Shown here: positions 1-13,134 of the stretch, in pieces | Position numbering within the stretch: position 1 is the stretch's first letter | Layout of the letters: each line of letters begins with the position of its first letter | DNA from: Phoronis australis | Taxonomy: Eukaryota > Animalia > Phoronida | Reading direction: 5' to 3' | Assembly: GCA_002633005.1 (NCBI GenBank) | Contig: NMRA01000462.1 | Location: 289,594 to 353,593, forward strand | DNA length: 64,000 nt | Position numbers and translations under genes: made by a program | Notes under the pieces: model-generated | What the model was told of the DNA's origin: nothing | The model's database searches: none | What the model saw: only the letters and a program-made list of their open reading frames with translations

Positions 1-843
1 TCACAGCTGTCATCAAGTAATATTGTTTGGCCATTCAAAACAATGCTGCAAGTCCTTGAAAAGTGAAAAAAAACACGATTTTGGCAATTTGGGTTATCTG
101 AAGTAGGTGAGAGTTGACCGTAACAAGATTACTTTATTTTGTGACATTTCACACTGCATTTACGTATACGTTCTGTTTGCAATTAAGTTTCTGCATCGTA
201 GCTCAATGTTCTGTGGCAGACTATCAGTTTTAGATGAAATTCCTTTTACCATTAAACAAGGTCTTTTCACAATTGATTGAATATTGCGCCAAAGTTGTTT
301 CTTGTCAACGTCCAAGTTGTGCAGTATGTACTGAATGACCAACTGAAACATGCTGTCACATCTGCATTCCTCCGCAGAAATTTCATGTAATGAGCTGTGA
401 TCAATATCCTGCTAATGTATTCTTACACGGGGGTACTCCCATAGAAGGTGCCTGTGGGACGTGTTTCTCAGATGGGTCGGGTCTTTTCTACTTGAATTTT
501 TTATAAAAGGATGTCTTTTCAAAATGATTTCACTTGTGTTATAGGAGCAAAAGGGTGAATTCACTGGAGCAAAATTCTTGGAAAGGACAACTAGTTCAAA
601 GAATTCTCCAGAACAAATGAATCCATTTTTGTGTTCACTCACTTAAAGGTTAATTATTTCAATCTTCTAGCTATGCACCTATATTGAAAGTACATCTAGT
701 TGTTTTGCTGCTAACATTGAGGGCTCATGGATGAACTGTGTGCTAGTTGAATGGGGTCAGTGACGGATCTAGGATGTCGTAATGGGGATCCAGCCACAAT
801 TTTTAGAAAAATGTCCACCTAAGCCCTAAAAGGAGCACGCTGA

Positions 844-1032
<189 letters not shown>

Positions 1033-2002
1033 TGAGTATTTAGAATTGATGGTGTCTGACGGAAGATGTCTTTCAGCCTAAGATAAAGTAATGTTTAAAA
1101 AAAGTAATTTCTAACATTGTTTTGGAGACCAGTGGATTGAGTGCAGACTGTTACAAACTTTCATCATTTCCCTGTCAGCTTTCAAAAGTATTTGCACAGT
1201 CGTGGGCAGTAGTTGTCATAACTGTTGGCTTGTCATAACCATGTATGGCTATTGGTTGCAAACAAATGCTCGCTGTCACGTTTCTCATCCACTCTTCCTG
1301 TTATTATTCAAACCGAACCTAGATTTTTTGCCCATCGCGTCCGTCGCCCTCCTTTCCGTTACAAGGAAGCAGTGTCGGTTTCCATTCCAGAGTGGTTTTT
1401 CTCAGTCAATGCAATAACAATTTATTAGCTTTTACAGAAGAAATAGCAATTACACGACCGACGTGGTCAGTGACACTTTTTCATCCCTCGTAACAGTTGA
1501 TACCATGAACAATCAGTAGATAAAACTGTTTACAATCTGCAAATGGCTATTACGGGCTTTCTTTTTCAGCAACGTTTGCTGCGACTATATCCCGTGGCGA
1601 TATCCCCGTTGGATGAAAAAATTGTTTTTCCAGTGGTAGTGTTAACGTTTTAATCAATCACTCTTGTCAAATGTAGCTCTTCTCATTCATGTCATATTGT
1701 TGTAGGAAAGTAATTTTTGATGGGCGATTATTAAGTGCCATGGTAAACTTTTATAAAATGGAAACAATTTGTTAAACATTCAATTACAAGCCCGAAGACA
1801 ACTTGAATAGAGATAGTGATTAAAACTATAAAATTACCATTATTTCACATACTATCAGACTTCTCAAATTTATTGAATGCGGTACTGCAACTTCAATATA
1901 TTGGCCTGTCCATCTCACTATTGTTCTGTCTTGCAATTTGATCAAGTTTTTTAATGAGAGAGGATGTTTGACTTATCCATTCATACTATAAACATCATTT
2001 AA

Positions 2003-2361
2003 AGCTGCCTTTTGCCCTGTTCAGCCTCCACATTAAACTTATTTCAAGTACTTTAGCAAAGAGCCAAAACAAACAGGTGATCTCCGATGTACTTACTTGA
2101 AATTATCATTGTTGGGTCAGGTGTCTGACCTATTTTTGAATGGAAGTCACTCTGCACCATTTTAGGGTTGGCCCACCGCATTAAATTCTACAGTTTTGCG
2201 GTGTGTTTCATTACCTGTCAAGTGTTCGTGTGGTCTTCATGGTAACAAAAACAAGTTAGTCCTATCATGGAAAGGAAAAATTTGAGACTGGTTTTATAAG
2301 AGTATAAGGTCTAATCTGATTTTTTTGGTTTTAGGCCGACTAAACTTGGTGAAGTGCAGCT
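2003..2361. mobile_element. Non-autonomous TTAA-flanked DNA transposon (Kolobok-like)
   Basis: ttaa|agctgc...gcagct|ttaa termini; related copies at about 7390-7500, 12831-13134 and 14814-15011 (tttagctggctaaaaa and ccatgat-ag motifs). Confidence 0.55.
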
Positions 2362-3916
2362 TTAAAGAAAATGTCGCCAGTCCTTAGAGTTATTAAAAAT
2401 TGAATACATGCGCGAATTGGGTGCATAAATTATTTAAATAAGCCTTAGGTTAGTCTCATCCTCATTTTCGTTCTTGTTACATTTTCTTTCACACTTATTC
2501 CTGTGTTAATTTCAAGAGATAACTTGAGAGAACGTTCTCAGTCATGAGGCTGAAAAATGGATTTTGTGATCTTTGTTGGACGTGATAGATTTCTTGAAGT
2601 TGTTAAGTTTGAGATACAAAACAACAAAATGGGTGTTTTTTTTGAGTTTGTTGTAAATGCCAATTCTCGTTGCTGCCTGCCATACATTCACTGAAATCAT
2701 TTTTGTTAGTTTTTCCAGTAAAATATTCTTAAAATAATTCTGTGCCATTTATTGAGTAAAAGTTACCCGTGTCGAATGACATTGTACAGAGGTCGCAAGG
2801 TATTGTTTAATTTGCAAGATCGATGTGCGTAAGTGCATTGCATGGTTATCGGCTTCCATTTTCTTTGTTGCGTCTTTGTTGGTCGCATGTATATCGTACC
2901 TTGGGCGCACATCAGCCTGTTACCGATACATGCTTGCCACTATCTTTATTATAAGAAAGAAAATAAAGTGAACAATGGATATGCCTTTCTATCAATATTT
3001 ATGCGACGACATTGTGACCTAGTTTCCCGTGGGTATCTCCGCCAGAACAGTGGTAGCCTGAGACTGCAGGGGTTGCAGTTCGACTCTGTGCTGACGACAA
3101 TCTCAGGAAATCAATTTTCTCTATGATATTTTACCTTTAACCGTTCTAATTTTGTGATAATTATTGTCATTATCTTTTGAATTACTCTCCAATTTCAATT
3201 TTCCATTAATAATCACTGCAGAATTATTGGAATTTACTGTTCAGGCATCTGTTTACAGTCTGTCCCCTACAACCATTTTTCTTGGCCTACGCTTCGTTCT
3301 CTGAAACCTTAGCTAGTGTGCTACTTACTAATTAGATGATAAAATATTCATATATTCACTGTTCATTTTACTGCATGGGTGGCTCTGACTCATAACTAGT
3401 CTTCTTCTTCATAGCCCCTGCGGCCAAGTGGTATATTTGACAAATCAACACGTAGTAATATGCCATTGTCGCGAAGGGGTTAAACTTTGTACCTTATAGC
3501 AACTTTCCCACCGGGGACAGTTCTCAAAATCTTGAAACCCATCCTTCAAAATAAACCATCTGATATTCATTTGTAGTGTGTGGGAATAGAAAAAAACCTA
3601 CTTATCTGAAGTGAAGAAAAGGGGAAAACATATTATAATGCTCCACTTATTCCGCATGAAAATAATTTGCCAAAATTTTCATTTTTCCGTTTTTCAAAGG
3701 CTGATTACATTTCTGCAAATAACAGAAATATACCAAATGAAGTTTTATGACATCTACACACTTGAAACAATGCTAGTAGTAGACTTAAATTTTTTTTAAT
3801 TTTTATTTTTGTGGAGAAATTTGACAAAATAGAATTTCACTTGTCGGCTATATTGTCTGCTAAATGAAGAGATAGATCAAGTTTGAGTCTAATACTGGAA
3901 TAAAAACTTACAAAAC

Positions 3917-4114
3917 TTAGCGACATTGCATCCGCATCTCACGGACTTCAGCTTGGCTTGTGACGTTATCGTTATTCTGGCCAATTGGTGGCGTTTTGGC
4001 TAAACGGCGCGGCATTGGAATAAAAAATTAGCGACGTTGCATCCGCATCTCACGGACTTCAGCTTGGCTTGTGACGTTATCGTTATTCTGGCCAATTGGT
4101 GGCGTTTTGACTAA
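3917..4114. repeat. Direct tandem duplication, period 111 bp
   Basis: ttagcgac(a/g)ttgcatccgcatctcacggacttcagc...ggcgttttg(g/a)ctaa occurs at 3917 and 4028. Confidence 0.9.
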
Positions 4115-4542
4115 GTGAAGAATTGCCTAACTTGAGTATTATGGCCCAATTCACGATTTTTCTTGATGACATTTTAACTGTTTCACTTCCAAGTTTTTTA
4201 GAACTGCATTTCCCAGTGCCAATTAGAATTTGAGGAAACTTAGAAAATAGGTTGCGGTTACTGAGAGAGTTTTGAAATTAGTTTCCGTAGGTGGGATGTT
4301 GTGAAACCTGCTGGTAAGATGTACATTACATTATTGGGGACAAATAAAACAACAAGAATAATATATATTTTAAGTTATATTGGGAATTTCAGGGTCACAG
4401 CTCTACAAATAAATATTTCACAGAAGGAACCAGGTGGGTTCCTTAATTACAAGAGACAACACACACATTTCCGATACCCAAAGTGTAATTGAGTATTGGA
4501 TACTAAGTGGCACAGGTTAGCATAGTACCAAATGAGTACATA

Positions 4543-5780
4543 CCGTAAACGTTCGGGTTAACGCCCTGGGCTGTTAAATTGGCAAACCCAAAAAATCGGG
4601 GGTGGGCGGTTAACCAGACGGGCGCTTAAACGTGAAACCTCAAAAAAATCCAGGGTGGGCAGTTGACCGAACATGGGCGCTTATTACGACAGGCAAGCGC
4701 CCTGGGTGGTTAATCTTACCTCGTGATCTAAGTACCCACACCACACACGTAGTCGTAGGCCTACTCGGAACGCGTAGCACTTTTCAAAGAGCGTTATCGT
4801 CACGTCGCCACATGACGGGAAAGATGTCATAACAGCGGATGATCCTAACAAAGGTTATCATGCCCTCAGATTAGTTATTCACTATTAAATTTACAAAATT
4901 GCTGAGTAATAGCCCCGTGCCGTCCTGCGGTCTTGTTATTTAGCCCTGTAGTGTAGAGCGCAGACGACCAGTGACCACGCAGCCTCTACTTGGATTGCAA
5001 CTATTTCATCTTGCTAAAGTGCGCGCGTGCAAGCTTCACATGTTGCAGAGGNNNNNNNNNNNNNNNNNNNNNNNNNNNNNNNNNNNNNNNNNNNNNNNNN
5101 NNNNNNNNNNNNNNNNNNNNNNNNNNNNNNNNNNNNNNNNNNNNNNNNNNNNNNNNNNNNNNNNNNNNNNNNNNNNNNNNNNNNNNNNNNNNNNNNNNNN
5201 NNNNNNNNNNNNNNNNNNNNNNNNNNNNNNNNNNNNNNNNNNNNNNNNNNNNNNNNNNNNNNNNNNNNNNNNNNNNNNNNNNNNNNNNNNNNNNNNNNNN
5301 NNNNNNNNNNNNNNNNNNNNNNNNNNNNNNNNNNNNNNNNNNNNNNNNNNNNNNNNNNNNNNNNNNNNNNNNNNNNNNNNNNNNNNNNNNNNNNNNNNNN
5401 NNNNNNNNNNNNNNNNNNNNNNNNNNNNNNNNNNNNNNNNNNNNNNNNNNNNNNNNNNNNNNNNNNNNNNNNNNNNNNNNNNNNNNNNNNNNNNNNNNNN
5501 NNNNNNNNNNNNNNNNNNNNNNNNNNNNNTTGCGCTCATTGTGATCATCGATCTTTTTCTAAAAGTCGGGGAATCCCGCGTTTCCTTAGCACTGGGCGCT
5601 AAATCTTCATTCTTTAAAAGTCGGGGATGGGCGCTTAACCGAGAGGTGGGCGCTTAATTGGAAATCTTCAAAAATCGCAGGGGGGCGCTTAACCGAGCAG
5701 TGGGCGGTTAAATCGAAAATCCACCTAAAGTAGGGGGTGGGCGGTTAACTGAGCATGGGCGTTAACCCGAACGTTTACGG
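4543..5780. mobile_element. Tc1/mariner-pogo-type non-autonomous element with TA target-site duplication
   Basis: Perfect 24-bp TIR ccgtaaacgttcgggttaacgccc / gggcgttaacccgaacgtttacgg, flanked by TA on both sides; repeated subterminal gggcg(g/c)ttaa motifs; interior contains the N gap. Confidence 0.85.
5052..5529. other. Assembly gap (478 N)
   Basis: Run of n. Confidence 1.
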
Positions 5781-7544
5781 TAATACCAAATGGGTATTGG
5801 CCGATTGCCTACCAACTGGGTCGAGCAAAACGGCAAATTTAAAAACAAGTACCAAGTGGGTACAAACTGCCAAATGGGCAAATATCATATAAAGTACTAA
5901 GTGGGTACACCAAACAGCCAACTGTGCTATAACAACCTGCAAAGCAGGTTTCGGACAAGCTGAGTGAGCAGACCAGCCGGAGTGATAAAAAGAGATATTG
6001 TAAGGAATGTGGTGTTGTAGGAGTTGGATATGAAGGATGAAGGAGTGTATAATAGTATTTACCCAAATAATAGGATTTATGTCAGAGTGCCATAAATCTC
6101 ATTATTTTATGATATTCTAAGATGACGTCATACATTGAGGTACGCATTGACCTGGTAGAGCATTCAGGGAAAACGCATCCACATCTAATAGAAGGTTTTA
6201 GTTGAAATACACGCTGCTTCCCCTGTAGGAGAGAATTGACACTTTTCGGTTACCCATATTGCACCTTCCTGACTCCTGCTAAACAATGGATTCCCACGCG
6301 CTAATTTCTTGACAAGAGGTAACCCACATACAAATGAAGCAATTCACTTGTAGCAAAATGGCGTCGACAAGCAAGCCATCTACGGTGTCGACAAAAACAA
6401 AAAATGGTGTCCTGAAGGAACCTCACTGCTCTGTCCTGTCTGCTCGGGTTTCAATCTGTTTGTCTTGCCAGTGATTATAAATTTCAGCTTCAGCCTTTTG
6501 AATTTGTTAATAATGGATACAATGGCTTGACATCTTATTAACATTGACAGGAGAGAAGATGTTGCCACAACAGAGTAGCACTTTTTATTTGGATCACATC
6601 AACCCAAAGGCATTTCCTTTTATGCCAAATTTTGCATAAATTGATTCTTTTTTATTTAGTGCCTGGGGTGTGACTGTAGGGGATCTCTGTTTAACATTGC
6701 TTTGGCCACAAAACTTTCAGTAAAACGTGCCAATAGCCCCATCTAGCGTCTTGGTGGGTGACTACTCCAGTCCTGAATTAGCTAATATGTAGTCAGAGAG
6801 CTGACCTGCAGGAAAACATTCTGTGAGTACGATGAAAAGTCGCTGATGTTGGCACTCGCAAATGAATACACCTGCAGTCATGCCAGTTACATCGTTTTTT
6901 TCAAAAGTTGTAAACTCTTCACCTTTCTTTGACATTTAGGCGTGGTTTCGTGTGGCTCTGTATTTAAAGTGATCTTGAATGTTTTTTGTCGTTTTTGTTT
7001 TTACTGGTGCTATTACGGTTGTTATTTTGTTGCTTTTGTTTTTCTTGTCTGTCTTCCCGTGCTTGTTCAACCTCTTCAACTAGGATTTAGGTGCTCTTCT
7101 AATGTGCGATTTCTTCACTTGTTTTTTTTTTTGTGGAAGCTTTGTAGTTGTACTGTGGCTGAGTTTACTTCCTGGGGAGCACTCGACTATTTTTGACTGG
7201 GGTGCTCCCACAGTGTTAGTATTTGAAAGAGGGACTCGTTTGTCTGTAGCTTCTATGAAAGTCACGTTTTCTTGGTTTTTCCCCTTTGTAGGGATTCTTG
7301 TGCCTCAGACTTTTTATTGCATTACATCTAATTTAGTACAAGAATGAATACTATGTTGTCAAATGGGAGCAAATTTTTGCTACAAAAGTTAAAGCTGTAG
7401 TTGGGCATGTTTAACTGGCTAAAAAGGTGAATTGAATTTTGTGTTTTTGTCTCGGAAAATCAACCTCATAATATTCCTTACCATGATAGGATTCTTTAAT
7501 TTATTGCTAACAGCAACACAGAAACCAAAGCTGCTCTAGAAAAG

Positions 7545-7750
7545 GCTTCAATGTTTCTTGGGGTTGGTCAACCCTAAAACTTTGAGCGACTCAAGAAAGT
7601 GCTTCAGAGTTTCTTGAGGCTGGCCAACCCTAAAACTTTGAGCGACTGAAGAGAATGCTTCAAAGTTTCTTAGCGTTGGGAAACATTAAAATTGTGTGTA
7701 ACCCAAGAAAATACTTCAGGGTTTATTGATGTTAACCAACCCTAAAATTG
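7545..7750. repeat. Degenerate tandem repeat, period about 56 bp, about 3.5 copies
   Basis: caaccctaaaactttgagcgact... recurs at about 7569, 7625, 7681 (diverged) and 7737. Confidence 0.75.
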
Positions 7751-9596
7751 CGAATTCAAAAATGGCACCTGTGACTGCGACTACAGTTGGTAGTGAACAT
7801 AGTGGAATGGTCTCATAGTAAGGAACAGTGTGAGACCAATTTCATCAGAACAAAGGTCTAATTCGATTTCTTTCCCTGATAAACAGGGCAACATGCGGCT
7901 TTAAGAATGTGAATGATGTCCAAAACCCTTCTGCGGAATTGTGGAATGAACCTTTTTGTAGAACTTTGAACTCCCAAAGTGATCGTTTCATTAGGAGTTT
8001 TGTCAGAAAAAACACTGCTCCGGGGCCATGGAGAGACTGAATGGCATATGCTGTATGCCTCTTCTGTTGGAGTACACCCCCTGCATGTGTTGCACGTCTG
8101 CTGTGCCAATGTTGTTTACTGCGGATTAAGATGAATGTACTTTATAGAAAGTCTCCTGCTCTGTCTGTAAAAAATAACAATTGAAATTAATGATAATGAT
8201 GACATTGAGGATACTACTAGGAGTTAGTGTATGAAGGGGTTTAGCATAGAGTGGCCTCTGTTGGAAATTCTGCAAACTAGTAGGCACCTGTTGACGGAGG
8301 TGGTTCATTCGTAAACCTCAGTTGGTCAATGTTATGTGGTGTATTTACTAGTATATTTTATTAGCTGTAATCTGTTATTTTTAAATACAAACCAAACAGC
8401 CTTCCAGCAGGTGGTTCTGTTTTTTATTAAATTTCAGATTTTACCAACTGAAGTCGCTTTGGTTTCCACTATTATGGTGGTGAGGGCGCTGATTACAGTA
8501 CTGGAAATACTTAGAGCAATGAAACGCAATGTTAAATGTTTACCATTCTTCACTAGGAAGTACTTTGAAAACAGTTCTGAGCTCACCATGGCACTTCAGT
8601 TTTATAGCCATTTATGGTACAGTCAGATTGTGTTGATGTTCTCTTATCAATTTTACCAAAGTAGAATTCGCCATAAATTCGACCAATTGTTATGAGCTTG
8701 TTATTGCTGGCGATTTGACTAGCATTGAGAGGTTCTTAGTATGTCATTTCATGAAGCCAATAAGCGTTGGTCAATCAGCATTTGCAGAAGTCGCGCACAA
8801 CCTGAAAGCCTCAATAGATTCTATTGCTATTAGGATGGCCCTTTAATAATTCCAAATTTAGCAATTCCAAATTTGCTTTGTTTATAAGATGGTAAGTTCT
8901 GCGTAACGTGGAACGTAAAGAGTGATACTTGTTACTGGCCAGTGTAAGCCAACAGAGGCTGATGCGATACGGCCATAGTCATAGGGTATCAGCGTTAGAA
9001 CTGAATGTACCTCTTGTTATATTTGCTAGAAGAAACTCGTTTCCTTTCATTTCCATTTCAACATATGAGTATTCTCTGTATTTTAAGATTATGTAGGACA
9101 TTATCGGCAAGTCTGTATTTCACCAAATATCTACTTAACTGTACATTTCAGTAAAAATATGGATTTTTTTAAAGTAGACAGTTTGTAGAATTTTATTTTG
9201 GGCACTTTACAAGTCGGACATTGATTGGGTCACGAGACCATGTCTTAAGTAAAATTTAGCAAGAAAGAAATGTACTTTTGATAGAAAAACAACAGTACCA
9301 ACCAATAATATGACCAAATTTTGTTAAATATAATTGTTAAAGATGAAATCTCAAAAACAATGTTACAGTGTCTAAGTTATCATGTTGTTTTTGTTTCGAG
9401 TTTTTTCGCCACAATCATAGAAGTCCATTATTTTGAAATCCCCTCATACGAAATATAGACATTTAGAAGCAATTCCTGACAGAATACTGCAGAACAGCGC
9501 ATCAATGTAATCAGCCATTTCGGAGATATGTTATGAAGTGAACGGCCAACTTTGGGTCCTGCATAACCTTAAGTTGCCTCTTGCTCTTGTTTGTAG

Positions 9597-9726
9597 AAAG
9601 AAGCTGGTGCCTATCCAGAAGAAAGTCGAGCGACGTGAGCAGCGCAGAGAAGAAAAGGCGCTTATCGCTGCCCAATTGGACAACGCTATTGAGAAGGAGC
9701 TGCTGGATAGGTTGAAGAAAGGCACG
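9597..9726 (+). CDS. MAK16: MAK16 coding exon
   Basis: ttgtag| and |gtacgt; [43 protein letters not shown]; phase 2 matches the previous exon. Confidence 0.97.
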
Positions 9727-9976
9727 GTACGTTGTTTGTGGCTGTACACTGCAATGGGGGGAAATTAAAACTGTTATTGACCAGTTACAAATAATTGAAA
9801 CACCAATGGCGAGATGTATTTCAATTGGTATACATTTTAAATGTGCGTAGGTTCGTTCAAGATTTTGAAAATGGGCGTCCGAAACAGGTTTCCTAATTTC
9901 TCAATGCGTCCTCGGCCATTGAGGCGTGGCTGGGTTTTTGTGAGCCCAAGTCCTCACGTGTATGTTTCCTTTTCAG

Positions 9977-10126
9977 TACGGCGACATCTACAACTTCCCA
10001 GCCATTGCCTTTGAGAAGGCTCTTGAAGATGAGGAGGTTGAAAGCGAGGCTGAGGAAGACGTGGAGAAGGTTCCCGAGGGCGACCAGGAGTCGTCTGCTG
10101 AGGAAGAAGAGTCAGAAGGGGAAAGG
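9977..10126 (+). CDS. MAK16: MAK16 coding exon
   Basis: tttcag| and |gtaacg; YGDIYNFPAIAFEKALEDEEVESEAEED... (conserved YGDIYNF motif, then acidic tract). Confidence 0.96.
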
Positions 10127-11549
10127 GTAACGGACTTTTAATTTCAAAGTTAGAATTAGAGCACTTTGGAGCACCGAATATACTGTAGTCCAAAACGATA
10201 AGTGTCCCCATTGTGAGGAGACACAGACATTTCTTCGTGTGTTTACTACTGCACGTGTGTAAGAACTTTCTGGGAATCAGTGCAAACACTTTTGAATAAA
10301 GCCCTCAACGCTCAGTGCATATTTACAACTTGGGATATTATTGATTTTTTCAAAATCCCAACTCGGATCACAAATTACTTTGCACTATTATTAGTACACT
10401 CGCACTTTTTTCTTATTCCAGACAACAAAGGTGGATAAACATGCTATTTTTAACAATTTTAAACTGATTATTACATGTGTCTGTAAGCACCATTCTAACA
10501 GATACCTCGTACACATGTAGATAAGTGCATGTTTTTAGTTATTGTCCTGGAAATGTTCCGAAATCAACAGTTATTATTTTTTTTTTGTGTTATATTGACG
10601 TTTAGATAATTAGTACATATTGTTGTTACACGATGTTAAATGTAACATAAGAATTATCAGTTACTTTTTATGTTTGATTTATATTGATATTTTCATTGTA
10701 TATAAGCCTCTTAATTATTAGCTTTATCGTCATGTAAGGACAGCATGAATGTTTGTGTCCTTCCCTCATCCCCCTTTTCTCTGCTAATTTACATTTACTG
10801 ATCCGTATCTATTGAATACTTATTGTTTTACTTTTGTGTAAAGACTAGATCTGAGGCATCCAACATCAATAAATGTATAAAAAACAGAGATAAAACAGGT
10901 TTGGGTTTGAGGCTATTTGACATCCTAAATTAAGTGCTAGTGTGCTTGACCCATAATAAATTTCAATCATAGAAAACTAGAAGTGTCGACTCATTTTATA
11001 TTGTGTCGGAATTTGGTGAGAAAATGACTGTTTCTTGTGTCTTAGTGAACATTTATTATAGATATGTTGTATCAAATAGATGAAACAGTTTTCAAAACAT
11101 CAGTTGACATCAAATTCATCAAAGTTTTGTTGGAATGGTGAAGAACATGGGAGAACTTGTCCTTACATTTTGCAACAATGGAAGCAGTCAAAAATGACAC
11201 AAAACAGCAGGGAAATTAGAAAGCATTGGACCTCTGAAATGCATAATTTAAGGAAGGTTATGTGTAAAGTTGCTGAACCTTCTGCCAAACAAGATCAGTC
11301 ACGTTAATTTTAATAATTGACGGAAGGCGACCAACTGCAATCCCAGGGCTAGAGCAAAGCCGCAGCTTCTATTTGTTCTAATCTGTGCGCCATTTTTGTA
11401 TGTGCCAATAAATATTTGACTTGCAACTTGACGTGTCTGTTTGGCCGCACCATATCCATTGTGCAGTTATGGCTGGACTTAATGATTATGTCGTAATTTG
11501 TGGTGAAGATGGCCTTCTACAATACCGTCATTATCATGTCTTTTTACAG

Positions 11550-11600
11550 GAGTTCATCGCAGAAGAAGAGTTTGAAGAGAGCGACCTGTCAGACTTTGAG
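11550..11600 (+). CDS. MAK16: MAK16 short coding exon
   Basis: tttttacag| and |gtgatt; EFIAEEEFEESDLSDFE (conserved ESDxSDFED motif continues into the next exon). Confidence 0.93.
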
Positions 11601-12237
11601 GTGATTAGCATGGTTAAATATGTTGTAATCTCGCCAGTTCAAGGAGAAATAATTGTCAAAATTGTCATAATTTTTAAATTTTCAAAGGCTTCTGACGTTG
11701 TGAATGTCCGGGTCTGGCTGTAGTTGGGAGCTTAAATTTTATATTTTTTAAGCATGATAATGTTAATATGTGTTCAGTGCGATGCATTTTTGTGACAATA
11801 ATGAGAAAATATGATTTCACTTGTTTGTCATCTTGTGTTCTAAATTGGTGACATTTGACATCACAGCAGGAGGGATGTATGGCATATTTGGATGACTTTT
11901 TGTGTGATTCAATATTTTTGTGAATCATCTGACAGTGCTGTGTGTAGGTTTTGGTTTACTTTGATGACTTTTTGTGGGTGTGTAGATTTGTGCTGACATT
12001 TTGTTAGGGGATGAGTGTATTCAGCCACATCTTTTCGTTCAATTTCATGAGAAACCATAAAAAGTCTGTTGTCCTCTGTGTACCCTGTAACAAAATCTGT
12101 TGAATTCCTTGATTTTTATTTTATTTCCATTAATGAACGGCAGCAATGGACATAGTCCTCCATTAAGTTTTCGCTGTACAAAAAATAAAAAGGACCAGTT
12201 AATCTGCCATAAAGTGCGTTTTTATTTCTGTATTCAG

Positions 12238-12441
12238 GACATGGATCGATTGAAAGTGAGCGGAGGTGAAAGTTCAAGTGAGGACGATGCTTCTGAGAAG
12301 AGCTCTTCGTCAGACGAAGATACAAAAAAGAAATCTAAGGGAAAAGCTGTAGTTAAGAAGCGGAAACGGCCACATGTCAGTATAGAATATGAAAAAGAAA
12401 TTGACCAGCCTATGACATCCAAGGCTAAAGTGACGTTTTAG
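12238..12441 (+). CDS. MAK16: MAK16 terminal coding exon
   Basis: attcag|; DMDRLK...KKRKRPHVSIEYEKE...VTF* with the MAK16 C-terminal V-x-IEYE motif; TAG at 12439-12441. Confidence 0.95.
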   Translation, partial: DMDRLKVSGGESSSEDDASEKSSSSDEDTKKKSKGKAVVKKRKRPHVSIEYEKEIDQPMTSKAKVTF

Positions 12442-12742
12442 TGCAGCTGACTAGAATTGTCACTGCTGTGACACGGAAAGTTGATGTCAAACGGAACTTT
12501 TTCTCTGTTTTCTGCGTGTTTAATGTGTTAAGTTTGTATTTTGGGAAAGTCAATTGACCAGCCTGTCCAAGGTGAAAATGATGTTTTGATGGAAATTGAA
12601 CCCCCAGTAACACATTACACATTGTGGCCTCATATTCTGATATGATCTGTGAAAACCTCACTGCTTCTGATGAAATGTGGCTGATCCTTGCAATTCCTGC
12701 GAGTGCTGACTGATTTGACCTTGTCTATTCAGTGCAGTTCAA

Positions 12743-12748
12743 AATAAA
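12743..12748 (+). promoter_or_regulatory. Candidate MAK16 polyadenylation signal
   Basis: AATAAA about 300 nt after the stop, followed about 15 nt later by a GT-rich tract (gtgtgtttgtt). Confidence 0.55.
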
Positions 12749-12830
12749 TTTGACAAAACGTGTGTTTGTTATGGAACATTCATGTAGTTAAAGGAGACAT
12801 GTAGTTACTTAATGTGTTTAACTGGGGCTT

Positions 12831-13134
12831 TAAGTTGTATGCCACACTGTTTAGCAGGCTAAAAACAAAAATCGAATAAGACCTTTTACTATCGGTCTCA
12901 TATTTCATTTGAGTTACAAGCAATGCGCACCTGCGCTGTTTTTCGAATTCGTGATTCTTGAGTTGGCTAACACCAATAGACTTTGAAGCATTTTTTGACT
13001 CACAGATTTTTTTGATGTTCTTGTTTTTAAAGGAGATAAAATGTTATCATGGTAAGGAATATCAGGAGACTGATTTTATGAAAATAATCTGATTTTTGCT
13101 TTTTGGCCAGCTTAACGAGGTGAAATGTAGCTTT
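12831..13134. mobile_element. Diverged copy of the Kolobok-like MITE family
   Basis: Shares tttagcaggctaaaaac...ttatcatggtaaggaatat...ggccagcttaac...gtagcttta with 2003-2361 and 7390-7500. Confidence 0.5.

Noticed and set aside
4971-5657. Long ORFs in the ORF track
   Set aside because: They are artefacts of reading through the N gap.
5930-8130. Coding-like stretch in the long MAK16 intron
   Set aside because: There are many stops and no motif I could assign with confidence; it is possibly old transposon debris.
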